A stretch of 60,849 nt of DNA. Origin: a virus (taxonomy: Duplodnaviria; Caudoviricetes). The DNA lies in the IMG/VR virus record IMGVR_UViG_3300042452_000489, positions 1-60,849 of that record. One strand, given 5' to 3'. The position numbers and the translations under genes are program-made. Positions 53,374-60,849 of this stretch are shown in pieces (position 1 is the stretch's first letter; each line of letters begins with the position of its first letter). A model generated the notes under the pieces. It saw nothing but the letters and a program-made list of their open reading frames with translations, made no database searches and had not been told where the DNA came from.

Positions 53374-54062
53374 TGCGTGTGCTGGACCTGTACTGCGGGG
53401 CCGGGATGGCAGGTGATGGATACAAGCAGGCCGGGTTCGATGTGGTGGGTTGGGATGTGCGGCACCAGCCGAGCTATCCCTATGAGTTTCATAGGGGCAG
53501 CGCCTTGGATGCCTTGGAAGATCGGGCCTACCTCCAGACGTTCGACCTGATCCATGCGTCCCCTCCATGTCAAGCCCACACCAGGGCGAAGCATCTTCGG
53601 GATGCGCAGGGAGGCAAGTCCAAGTACGAAGATCTGCTGACGCCCACCTTGGAGCTGCTGCGAGACTGCGGCGTACCTTGGGTGGTGGAGAACGTGGTCG
53701 GCGCACCAGGGATGGAGGGTGCGGTGATCGAATGCGGCTCGGCCTACGGGCTGAAGGTCCGCAGGCATCGCCTGTTCCTAGCGTCCTTCCCCCTGGCTGG
53801 CTCGGGCTGCAAGCACAAGGAGCAGGGCAAGCCCATCGGCGTGTACCACGTAATGGGCGACACCTGCAAGGGCGTGTGCAAGAAGACTGGCAAGCTGGTG
53901 ATCGGCGGATCCACCGCACGCACCGTTGAGGAGGGGCGCGCCGCCATGGGGGTAGACCGTGCGATCACATGGAACGAACTGAAGGAAGGCTTCCCGCCTG
54001 CGTACACTCGTCACGTTGGCGAGCAGGCGTGGATGCATCTATACACCCAGGCTATGTCCTGA
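53373..54062 (+). CDS. Compact C5 cytosine DNA methyltransferase
   Basis: VLDLYCGAG (I), HASPPCQ (IV), VVENV (VI), RRHRLF (VIII), EGFPPAY (X). Confidence 0.88.
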   Translation: MRVLDLYCGAGMAGDGYKQAGFDVVGWDVRHQPSYPYEFHRGSALDALEDRAYLQTFDLIHASPPCQAHTRAKHLRDAQGGKSKYEDLLTPTLELLRDCGVPWVVENVVGAPGMEGAVIECGSAYGLKVRRHRLFLASFPLAGSGCKHKEQGKPIGVYHVMGDTCKGVCKKTGKLVIGGSTARTVEEGRAAMGVDRAITWNELKEGFPPAYTRHVGEQAWMHLYTQAMS

Positions 54063-54079
54063 GATGAGGAGGATGACTG

Positions 54080-54319
54080 ATGCCATACCCTGACTCTGAA
54101 TACCCCAGCATCCTGCGGGGAAAGGACAAGCGAGAGAGCCAGCGATTGCTGGCTGCGGCACCGTCCATGCTGGCCGCCCTCCAGTTGTGCGTGGAGATAG
54201 AGACTAGCTGCGACGGGCGAGTCATTTGCTTCTGCGATGACCCCGAGATCGCTCGGCACGGCAGGTGCTACGTCTGCACCGTGCGGGATGCCATTTCCAA
54301 AGCAGAAGGGAGGGAGTGA
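54080..54319 (+). CDS. Early hypothetical protein
   Basis: RLLAAAPSML...AISKAEG pattern. Confidence 0.7.
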   Translation: MPYPDSEYPSILRGKDKRESQRLLAAAPSMLAALQLCVEIETSCDGRVICFCDDPEIARHGRCYVCTVRDAISKAEGRE

Positions 54320-54456
54320 TGCGATTCATAGTCACTGAGACTCGGACCTACTCGGTTGACGCCCCATCCGAGGAGGCTGCGCGTGTTGTTCTTTCCCTTG
54401 CCAAGGGCGTCGGGGAACTCGTCATTACGGAGGGCGACCAATGCTCGGACGACTGA
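54319..54456 (+). CDS. 45-aa early protein
   Basis: GGAG RBS; coupled. Confidence 0.5.
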   Translation: MRFIVTETRTYSVDAPSEEAARVVLSLAKGVGELVITEGDQCSDD

Positions 54457-54665
54457 AGGAGTTGCTGTTCTGCCTGCGGGAACGGGCCGAGCTGCGGGCC
54501 GAGGTCGTCGCTCTGAAGGAGACGATCCTGGCCGAGCGTCAGGCCACGGCACGGGAGCGGTCGAAGATGATGCTCCTGCTGCGTGCGATGCGGGATGTGA
54601 ATGCGGACCTGGACACCAAGTTGCTGGAGGCAGGATGCTATGGCGAGGATCGACGGATGGACTGA
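54441..54665 (+). CDS. Small coiled-coil protein
   Basis: GGAGG RBS. Confidence 0.6.
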   Translation: MLGRLKELLFCLRERAELRAEVVALKETILAERQATARERSKMMLLLRAMRDVNADLDTKLLEAGCYGEDRRMD

Positions 54666-54777
54666 CTCAAAGGTAGACTACTGCATCGCCCTGCTTGTGC
54701 AGGCCGAGCGGATTGTGCGGGAGGTGGAGCCTGATCTCTATGAAAAGATCAGGCGTTTTCTTTTGGAGGAGGCGTGA
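54640..54777 (+). CDS. 45-aa early protein
   Basis: Manual translation MARIDGWTDSKVDYC... fills the gap. Confidence 0.45.
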   Translation: MARIDGWTDSKVDYCIALLVQAERIVREVEPDLYEKIRRFLLEEA

Positions 54778-54974
54778 TGGCTAAGGTAGGCGACTTTGTT
54801 TACGTGGACGGCAAAGTGTTTATCGCTTCTCGCCTTCCAACGGGAGTGCTCTATAAGTGCGAGGTGTTGGAGGACAGCGGGCCTTCGCAGACTTACTTGG
54901 TGAAGGCCGAGGGCGGTGGCGGCTCGCCACTCTATGTGTTCAATGAGGAACTTCGGGAGGTGAGTGATGGCTAA
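54774..54974 (+). CDS. Small SH3-like beta protein
   Basis: KVGDFVYV...; GGAGG RBS. Confidence 0.6.
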   Translation: MMAKVGDFVYVDGKVFIASRLPTGVLYKCEVLEDSGPSQTYLVKAEGGGGSPLYVFNEELREVSDG

Positions 54975-55230
54975 TGCCCGCAGGAAGATCAGCACTCAGG
55001 AACGCAAGGGCCGCGATGCCTTGATGCGCGTGGTCAACTGGGTCCACATCCTGGTGATCAAGCGACTGCTGGATTCTGGGAAGACAACATCGCAGGTGGC
55101 CCTGCTGTACGACCGCCTTCAGCGCGAGGCCGGGCGGATTGCAATAGAGCATGCCATGCCCGACTGGCATTACGTTGACGAGACGCAGGTTGCGGATCTG
55201 GTGTACCAATCCCTGATGAAGGAGGAATGA
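54967..55230 (+). CDS. Early hypothetical protein
   Basis: GGAGG RBS. Confidence 0.6.
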   Translation: MANARRKISTQERKGRDALMRVVNWVHILVIKRLLDSGKTTSQVALLYDRLQREAGRIAIEHAMPDWHYVDETQVADLVYQSLMKEE

Positions 55231-55592
55231 TGACTGAAGACATGCAGATTCTTACGTGGTTCCTTGGCAGCGAGCCGGTTGGCTCCATGCTGAACTGGCC
55301 GGTGCTTCCGCAGAAAGTGTGCGACTCCATCCGCTCCATTCACACGGAGTCCAAGCGGAATCCTGCCGACCCCGACGCGATCTGCAAGGCGTGGGAGCAG
55401 TTCTCCGGTGCCGTTGGTCCGACGCTCATCGGCCGGCTGCTGGCATCCAACGAGTGGCGGGAGTTTGTTCCTCTCGCCGAGGGGCACGGCGACGACTGGT
55501 GCAATGTGTGGTCGGACGACGACCGCCGGGTGGTGGCACGTGTTGTGTACAGCGACGGACTGGCCGTCAATGTTCGGTTTTCCGTTGAGTAA
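55227..55592 (+). CDS. Early hypothetical protein
   Basis: AGGAGG RBS. Confidence 0.65.
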   Translation: MMTEDMQILTWFLGSEPVGSMLNWPVLPQKVCDSIRSIHTESKRNPADPDAICKAWEQFSGAVGPTLIGRLLASNEWREFVPLAEGHGDDWCNVWSDDDRRVVARVVYSDGLAVNVRFSVE

Positions 55593-55748
55593 GGAGACTC
55601 TCCATGGACACGGATGTCCCGATGGTTCTTGAGCTGGTGGTGGTGATCCTGAGACTCGTACTGGAGGTGATTCGATGAGCCCAGTGGAAGACTTCGCCCT
55701 TGCGGTAGTTGGTATGATTCTCTTGTTCACATGGCTTGCATGGAGCCC

Positions 55749-56537
55749 ATGATGGTCTACCTCTACGCACGTGTATCGACGGACAAGCAGGAGAACGGAC
55801 GCGAGGCACAGGTGTCTCGCCTGGAACAGTGGGCCCAGCAGAACAGCCTGATCCCTGATGGGTTGTTCTGCGACGACGGCGTGTCTGCCTTCAGCGTCCC
55901 GCTCAGGGATCGCCCCGAGGGCAGGAAGCTCTGGGATCTACTGGCACCAGGGGACACGGTCGTCATCACAAAGGTTGACCGTGCCTTCCGGTCTTGGCTG
56001 GATGCGGCCATGACCATTGAGACATGCCAGAAGCTGGGCATCAAGCTCCACGTTCTGGACATGCCGTTCGACATCTCCACCCCGCACGGCGAGTTCGGCC
56101 TGTCGATGGTCGTCGCCGCAGCTCGGCTGGAGTCTCGCCTCCACGGCCAGCGGAAGCGGGAGGTCTACCACCACAAGCGGGTGAGTGGCCTGCCCTACAA
56201 CCAGCTCCGTCCGTTCGGCTGGGTGTCCACCAAGGGCAAGACCGGGAAGCTGGAAGGCTGGGCCGAGTGCGAAGAGGAACGCGAGATCGGGGCTCGCATC
56301 CTGCAGCTGCGGGCCGATGGCATGAGCTACCCTAAGATCGCCCTCTACCTCTGCCGCGAAGGCGTGAGGAAGCCGCGTCGTCGGAAGGATTCATCCGGCT
56401 ACTACCACGTGCAGGACGTCTTTCTTCTGGCACGTGCGGCTTCAGCCGGATATCCAATTGTTCCGCGAGAGTTCTGGCAAGGGCCCGACTACGAACAGAG
56501 GCTGCGCGCAGCGAAACCTCATGCCCCTCAGATATAG
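55749..56537 (+). CDS. Serine recombinase (resolvase/invertase family) with a short C-terminal DNA-binding domain
   Basis: YARVSTDKQ (catalytic Ser), DDGVSA, RPEG, KVDRAFRS, PFGW, GMSYPKIA. Confidence 0.92.
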   Translation: MMVYLYARVSTDKQENGREAQVSRLEQWAQQNSLIPDGLFCDDGVSAFSVPLRDRPEGRKLWDLLAPGDTVVITKVDRAFRSWLDAAMTIETCQKLGIKLHVLDMPFDISTPHGEFGLSMVVAAARLESRLHGQRKREVYHHKRVSGLPYNQLRPFGWVSTKGKTGKLEGWAECEEEREIGARILQLRADGMSYPKIALYLCREGVRKPRRRKDSSGYYHVQDVFLLARAASAGYPIVPREFWQGPDYEQRLRAAKPHAPQI

Positions 56538-56958
56538 CCCGTAGCGTCTGGCCTTCAACGAACCTGTCCACGGCCAGCCGCTGCCACTCCTCGGGCAAAT
56601 CTTGGATGGCCATGCCAAGGAAGTCTGGGCTCTCAAGCAAGGGGAGCATGACCTCGGCCTCCTCCAGGCTGACCTTGAACTCGCCGGGCTGTCTGGTCAC
56701 CCGCTTGATGGACTTGTACATGGCGTTCATGATCGCCCGTGCGAAGTACGCCTTGGGGTAGGGCAGTCGCTTCGGGTCGTACGTGCGTGCGGCCTTGGTC
56801 AGGGCAAGGAATCCCTCGCCCTCAAGGTCAGGCAACAGGACGGCCTTCTGCCACGCCGGCCGGGACTGGACGAAGAACTTGGCCAGCATCCTGGCCAGCG
56901 GCGTGTACTCAGCCGCTAGTTCTTGACGTTTTTTTGAGAGCTTCAATCTCTTTTGCAT
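56332..56958 (-). CDS. Phage-encoded sigma-70-family factor
   Basis: Region 2-like DLEGEGFLALTKAARTYDP...YFARAIMNAM; region 4 HTH GQTLRAISEGHEVS. Confidence 0.75.
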   Translation of the reverse strand: MQKRLKLSKKRQELAAEYTPLARMLAKFFVQSRPAWQKAVLLPDLEGEGFLALTKAARTYDPKRLPYPKAYFARAIMNAMYKSIKRVTRQPGEFKVSLEEAEVMLPLLESPDFLGMAIQDLPEEWQRLAVDRFVEGQTLRAISEGHEVSLRAASVRSRALARTLAEQLDIRLKPHVPEERRPARGSSRMNPSDDAASSRLRGRGRGRS

Positions 56959-57139
56959 GTTCGTCCAGACGATGCTCATGTTCCGTGAGCGCTTGGCGGA
57001 GTTCCTCAACGATCTCTGGCAGGGACTCCACGCTGTTGGCAATCACCGCCACCTTGGCGTGAATGCTGAATGCCCACGGGACAATCGCACAGCCAGCCAT
57101 CAGTGCGAACGTCCAGACCTCCGTCTCAATCGTCATCAT
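56909..57139 (-). CDS. TM plus coiled-coil protein (holin/XhlA-like)
   Basis: N-terminal hydrophobic helix, then heptad repeat HEHRLDEHAKEIEAL. Confidence 0.6.
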   Translation of the reverse strand: MMTIETEVWTFALMAGCAIVPWAFSIHAKVAVIANSVESLPEIVEELRQALTEHEHRLDEHAKEIEALKKTSRTSG

Positions 57140-57353
57140 CCGCCTCCCGAATCATCTTCACCAGGATAATGCCGGCGTATGGATGCAGCCTGCCGTCTTC
57201 AACATGCAGCTTCACCACGCGAACGGCCTGCTCGGTTTGCTCGGGGAGGTACTGGTAGAGGTGAGTCTCGCCATCATATCGGGCGAGGACTCGGTTAAGG
57301 CGTCGAACGCCTCCGACCGAAGACGCTTCATATCCTTCCTGTTTATGATCCAT
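57126..57353 (-). CDS. Hypothetical protein overlapping the upstream gene
   Basis: Fills the operon slot; start uncertain. Confidence 0.45.
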   Translation of the reverse strand: MDHKQEGYEASSVGGVRRLNRVLARYDGETHLYQYLPEQTEQAVRVVKLHVEDGRLHPYAGIILVKMIREADDDD

Positions 57354-57475
57354 TTGGCGATCCAGTTGCTGACAAGGCTGATCAACACAGGCAGGACAAA
57401 GAGGGCGAAGAACGAGCCGCACTCGGGGTGCATCCGCAGGTAGGTTTCTTTCATCCGCCTGCGGTACTCACGCAT
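57212..57475 (-). CDS. Single-TM protein (start uncertain, may extend towards 57580)
   Basis: GSFFALFVLPVLISLVSNWIAKWII. Confidence 0.55.
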   Translation of the reverse strand: MREYRRRMKETYLRMHPECGSFFALFVLPVLISLVSNWIAKWIINRKDMKRLRSEAFDALTESSPDMMARLTSTSTSPSKPSRPFAW

Positions 57476-57576
57476 GCCGATGCTGCCGTCTGGCACCACC
57501 AGCAGGCCGACCAGGGCGATGTCTCTGGAGTGTTTGCTGATCCCTCTTGCCCCCGATTCGTAGAGGCAGAGGTCCG

Positions 57577-57828
57577 CTACTTCTTTGGCTTGCAGTCTAC
57601 GCACTCCTGCTTGAGGACAGACTTGGCCTTGCACTTGCACCCGGGTGGACACGGGCAGTCGGTCACATGCCCGTCGCCATGGACGATCTTGCCGTTCACG
57701 CACCGGCCGCAGCACACTTCCGGCAGAGGGGACTTCTGTGTGTGCAGGGTGTACGAAGCGTTGACTGCAACAGCGGACGAGTAGTCCGGAGAGGCCAGTC
57801 CCAAGAGAATCAGCAGTGTCTTACCCAT
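57577..57828 (-). CDS. Small Cys-rich protein with a hydrophobic N-terminus
   Basis: MGKTLLILLGLA...CCGRC...GDG...CPCPPGCKC. Confidence 0.65.
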   Translation of the reverse strand: MGKTLLILLGLASPDYSSAVAVNASYTLHTQKSPLPEVCCGRCVNGKIVHGDGHVTDCPCPPGCKCKAKSVLKQECVDCKPKK

Positions 57829-58771
57829 GCTGCAGTAACCCCACGGTTCCGTAATCGGGCAGGCGCTGCGGCGGGTAGCCGTCGATGCTGCCGTAGGTCC
57901 AGCAGTCCCCGTTGGACACGCACACATCGAAGTCATCAGCCGATGTGAGGATCATCCCTGGCACCCACTCGCCGTACTCCTTCGGCCAGCCGGAAGGCTT
58001 TTGGTTCCAGCGGCCCCAGCTGTTGGCGATCATCCACACGCGGAACGGGAAGAACTCCTTGGAGTCGTCATAGCCAACGATGGCCATGTCATGATTCCAC
58101 CCGCCGCTTGCCCGGCCGTGGATGCCCTTGGAGTTGGAGTCCGGAGTCCACGCAGCGTACTGCCCTGAGTGGGCGGCGTACCCATTGAACAGGGCATCCA
58201 TCAGATCGCCCTGCGTCCGGACGTTGCTGATGACGCCGACCTTGTTCTTCCGACAGAGATCCTTCACGTTCTCGGGAACGCCACCAAACCCCCAGCGAGA
58301 GCCGATGCTGGAGTTGTACTTGGTGAGATCGACCACGCCTTCGTAGTGCGTGCGTGCCAGGAACCCGACGTCACGCTCAAACTGCGAGGCCCTGGCCGGC
58401 GACATGCCCTCACCGCCGTGTCCGCGGGCACCGTAGGTTGGTTCGGTCGCCCCGAGCTTGAACCAATCCTCGGGTTCCTTCTTGACCAGAATCTCCACGG
58501 CCCGGGTGATATCCCTGGCGTTTCGACTTCCGTGGCTGACGCAGTCCCCAGTCGTTTGCGCTTCGGTAAAGCACTTGTCATCAAGCTTCTTGGCGTACTG
58601 CCAGAGCAAAGCCCGCTTGCCAATGCCAGAGCCTTTGATGTTCGGCTCGCTGAAGTACTGGTATTTCTGCGTGGAAAGGAACTCGTCCTTTGCCCGCGGG
58701 TCGAAGATGTATCCCGTCAGCCCGTCTTCGTAGGCGCGAAACAGGGAGTAGGGTGTGTCTAGCTCACTCAC
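57821..58771 (-). CDS. Papain-like (C1 / clan CA) cysteine protease
   Basis: Q-TTGD-C-VSHG (oxyanion Gln, Cys), WNHDMAIVGYD (His), IANSWG (Asn). Confidence 0.9.
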   Translation of the reverse strand: MSELDTPYSLFRAYEDGLTGYIFDPRAKDEFLSTQKYQYFSEPNIKGSGIGKRALLWQYAKKLDDKCFTEAQTTGDCVSHGSRNARDITRAVEILVKKEPEDWFKLGATEPTYGARGHGGEGMSPARASQFERDVGFLARTHYEGVVDLTKYNSSIGSRWGFGGVPENVKDLCRKNKVGVISNVRTQGDLMDALFNGYAAHSGQYAAWTPDSNSKGIHGRASGGWNHDMAIVGYDDSKEFFPFRVWMIANSWGRWNQKPSGWPKEYGEWVPGMILTSADDFDVCVSNGDCWTYGSIDGYPPQRLPDYGTVGLLQHG

Positions 58772-59195
58772 ACTGAGACTCCACAGCCCGAATGCCTGCG
58801 ACGATCTTGTCTGCAAGGATGCTGTCGATGGCTACGTTCTCCAGCGGGTAGTGCTTGGAGAGAACCTCTTCGACAGCCTCGTCCAGGTCGGGGTACTTCC
58901 CGACGAGGTCGGTTCCACCCACGGCCAGCCGCAGCGCATCGCTGTAGATGCTGCGCCAGATCGCGGTTGTAGCGATCAGGCGACCCGAGTCCCGTGCCAT
59001 GACATCAGCCAGCGCGCTGTAGACGCTGGCAATCTTCGCCCGGTCGGTGGAGGTGGCCGACTTCAGGGCGGTGGCAACTGGTCCCGTGGCGGCTGGCCGT
59101 GGGGAACTGACAAACGACGCCGCAACCAACAGGGTTGCGAGCGTGACCGGCAGGTACTGGATCAGCCCAGAAGGGCTTGGAGCAGCTGACTGCAT
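58764..59195 (-). CDS. Exported or membrane-anchored helical protein (start uncertain)
   Basis: Hydrophobic LPVTLATLLVAASFV, Pro linker, helical domain. Confidence 0.65.
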   Translation of the reverse strand: MQSAAPSPSGLIQYLPVTLATLLVAASFVSSPRPAATGPVATALKSATSTDRAKIASVYSALADVMARDSGRLIATTAIWRSIYSDALRLAVGGTDLVGKYPDLDEAVEEVLSKHYPLENVAIDSILADKIVAGIRAVESQCE

Positions 59196-59362
59196 GCGTC
59201 GATGACCTTCGGGCTGGAGGAACTTTCCTTGATCAGGATCACCTGTTCGATCTGCTTCATGGTGCTGGGCTTCTTGGCCTGGAGCTTGAGGTTCGGAAGA
59301 ACAAACTGCCCGAACAGCACCAGCCCGAGGACACCAAGAGAAATCATCTGGAATGTGGTCAT
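59162..59362 (-). CDS. Small single-TM protein, holin-like
   Basis: Same as 254-454. Confidence 0.6.
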   Translation of the reverse strand: MTTFQMISLGVLGLVLFGQFVLPNLKLQAKKPSTMKQIEQVILIKESSSSPKVIDACSQLLQALLG

Positions 59363-60321
59363 AGGATCTTGGCTCCTGGGATGAAGATGGTGACCCCGCC
59401 GACGCTCTGCGAGGCCGAGTAGTTGAGCAGCTTGTGCGGATCCAGAAGCCCCCAGCCATAGACGCTGTCATGACCAGCCTCCCCGGCATCACGGCATGTC
59501 TCACGCAACGCCTTGACCACGGACTTGTGGTCGATCTTCTTGCCCTGCTGCTTGGCGTCCGACGCCCAGAGGGCCAAGGCACCAGCGACAAAGGGCGCCG
59601 CCATAGAGGTGCCGCTGATGGTGGCGTAGCCATTGGCCAGCCACGTGCTGGTGATGTCGGCTCCTGGCGCAGCGACGACGATCTCCTTGCCGCGCGAAGA
59701 GAACTCGCAGGCAGAGCCGCTACGGTCCACGGCACCGACGCCAATCGTCTCTTGGAACGCGGCCGGGAAGTTGACCGCACCACCGTCGTTACCGGCGGCG
59801 CAGACGATGATCAGGCCCAGGCTGCAGGCGTGCTTAATCGCACGGTGCAGACCTTCGTCCGGCCGGGGGGAACCCAGCGACATGCAGATGATGTCGGCCT
59901 TCACATCCGCGGCGTAGGACACGGCAGCGGACACAGCCTTGTTGCTGCCCATGCCGCTGTGCCCCAGCACCTTCAGACCCAAGAGCTTGGCCTCGGGGGC
60001 GATCCCCTTGGCGAGGCCGGACCTCGCACCGATCACGCCAGCCACGTGCGTGCCATGGCCGAGCGTGTCCTCGTCGGATCCATCGGACGAGAAGTTGCGG
60101 TACTCGGCCACCGCATCGATCAGAGCCGTGTGCTTGGAGATCCCGCTGTCGATCACCGCAACCGTGACGCCGGCGCCCTTGGTCTGCTTCCACAGACTCG
60201 GGATTCCATACGACTCAACAGCCCAGTCCACACCGTCCTTGCCCGAGAGCGGGACAGCCCCGAAGTCAACCCGGTAAGGAGGCAGGTGAACGTAGTCACT
60301 CATCGGTGCCGAGAGTCTCAA
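59359..60321 (-). CDS. S8 subtilisin-like serine protease
   Basis: Same as 451-1413; full D/H/S triad. Confidence 0.95.
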   Translation of the reverse strand: MRLSAPMSDYVHLPPYRVDFGAVPLSGKDGVDWAVESYGIPSLWKQTKGAGVTVAVIDSGISKHTALIDAVAEYRNFSSDGSDEDTLGHGTHVAGVIGARSGLAKGIAPEAKLLGLKVLGHSGMGSNKAVSAAVSYAADVKADIICMSLGSPRPDEGLHRAIKHACSLGLIIVCAAGNDGGAVNFPAAFQETIGVGAVDRSGSACEFSSRGKEIVVAAPGADITSTWLANGYATISGTSMAAPFVAGALALWASDAKQQGKKIDHKSVVKALRETCRDAGEAGHDSVYGWGLLDPHKLLNYSASQSVGGVTIFIPGAKIL

Positions 60322-60628
60322 GCGTCATGAGAACGATGCGGAGCAGGGGCACCAAGACGTTGACGATGAACGTCCAGTCGAACCCGAGGGCCGAGTACTC
60401 CGACCCGAGGGCGAACGCCGTGACCGCCTCGTCCTCGGCGATATCCCAAGCGTACATGGCGCGGACGTCGTCGCTCTTCAGAACCGGGATCACCAGCCGG
60501 GCGATCTTGTCAACGATCTCCCACTGCTCCAGTGCCGGGAGGTCACGGCGAAAACCCTTCGCCACCTCCAGCACCTTGGTCAGAAGGTCGCGGTGAGCCA
60601 GCAGCCACTTCAGAACCTGCAGGTTCAT
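60296..60628 (-). CDS. Membrane protein with C-terminal hydrophobic helix
   Basis: Same as 1388-1720. Confidence 0.7.
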   Translation of the reverse strand: MNLQVLKWLLAHRDLLTKVLEVAKGFRRDLPALEQWEIVDKIARLVIPVLKSDDVRAMYAWDIAEDEAVTAFALGSEYSALGFDWTFIVNVLVPLLRIVLMTLETLGTDE

Positions 60629-60849
60629 GGTTTGTCCTCATGGTCAAGTACAGCGATCCCAACCACGGCGTGGCCGGCGATGTCCAACAGCGTGTCCCTA
60701 ATAGCAAATGTCTCCAAAGGCCCTCGGAGACGACGGCATTTCTCACCCACCCGGGCGACTTGGTATTTCCAGGGGACAATCCCGTCATCCTGCACCCCGA
60801 GGGCGTTGGACAGGGGGTTCTCCCGGCACCCGTAATACCCCCGCTTCCT

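Larger units (their letters stand above)
1..58908. mobile_element. Complete tailed bacteriophage genome, probably temperate and podovirus-like
   Basis: Terminase, portal, capsid, scaffold, ERF/SSB and integrase are present with a terminal repeat. No host housekeeping genes, tape measure or sheath recognised. Confidence 0.93.
58909..60849. repeat. Terminal direct repeat, right copy
   Basis: Matches 1-1941 apart from the three substitutions seen. Confidence 0.97.

Noticed and set aside
58764-59783. 339-aa ORF as given in the ORF track
   Set aside because: The first 196 codons overlap the protease and 66-aa genes in another frame; only the last 130-143 aa look real.
1-60849. Diversity-generating retroelement, retron or stop-codon recoding
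   Set aside because: No reverse transcriptase motif or template/variable repeat pair seen, and genes read intact in the standard code with all three stop codons in use.

Overview
The window is an apparently complete, GC-rich, tailed dsDNA phage genome. The unit length is about 58.9 kb, and bases 1-1941 recur at 58909-60849 with three substitutions seen. Four modules are visible. (i) A plus-strand early cluster of small ORFs (47970-56537) includes a C5 DNA methyltransferase and ends in a serine recombinase. (ii) A minus-strand recombination/replication and nuclease arm (11021-1717) holds a PD-(D/E)XK exonuclease, ERF, SSB, a split SF2 helicase, EndoVII, HNH and a resolvase. It runs on across the repeat into a cassette of two proteases plus small membrane proteins and a sigma-70-like factor (60628-56332). 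(iii) A lone plus-strand tyrosine recombinase (11350-12249). (iv) A long minus-strand morphogenesis arm (46586-12173) holds scaffold, capsid, terminase, portal, short-tail (podovirus-like) proteins and low-complexity ejection proteins. I recognise no DNA polymerase, primase, peptidoglycan hydrolase, tape measure, sheath, complete tRNA or CRISPR array. A Planctomycetota host is a tentative inference only. The most interesting signals are a candidate protease-based lysis cassette, an integron-type attC gene cassette inside the phage, a shared N-terminal MANP(S/A)R tag on putative injected proteins, a promoter-bounded structured RNA of about 250 nt, a repeated late-promoter motif, and a tRNA 5'-end fragment beside the integrase. 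All calls are by eye from motifs and gene context; no searches were run.
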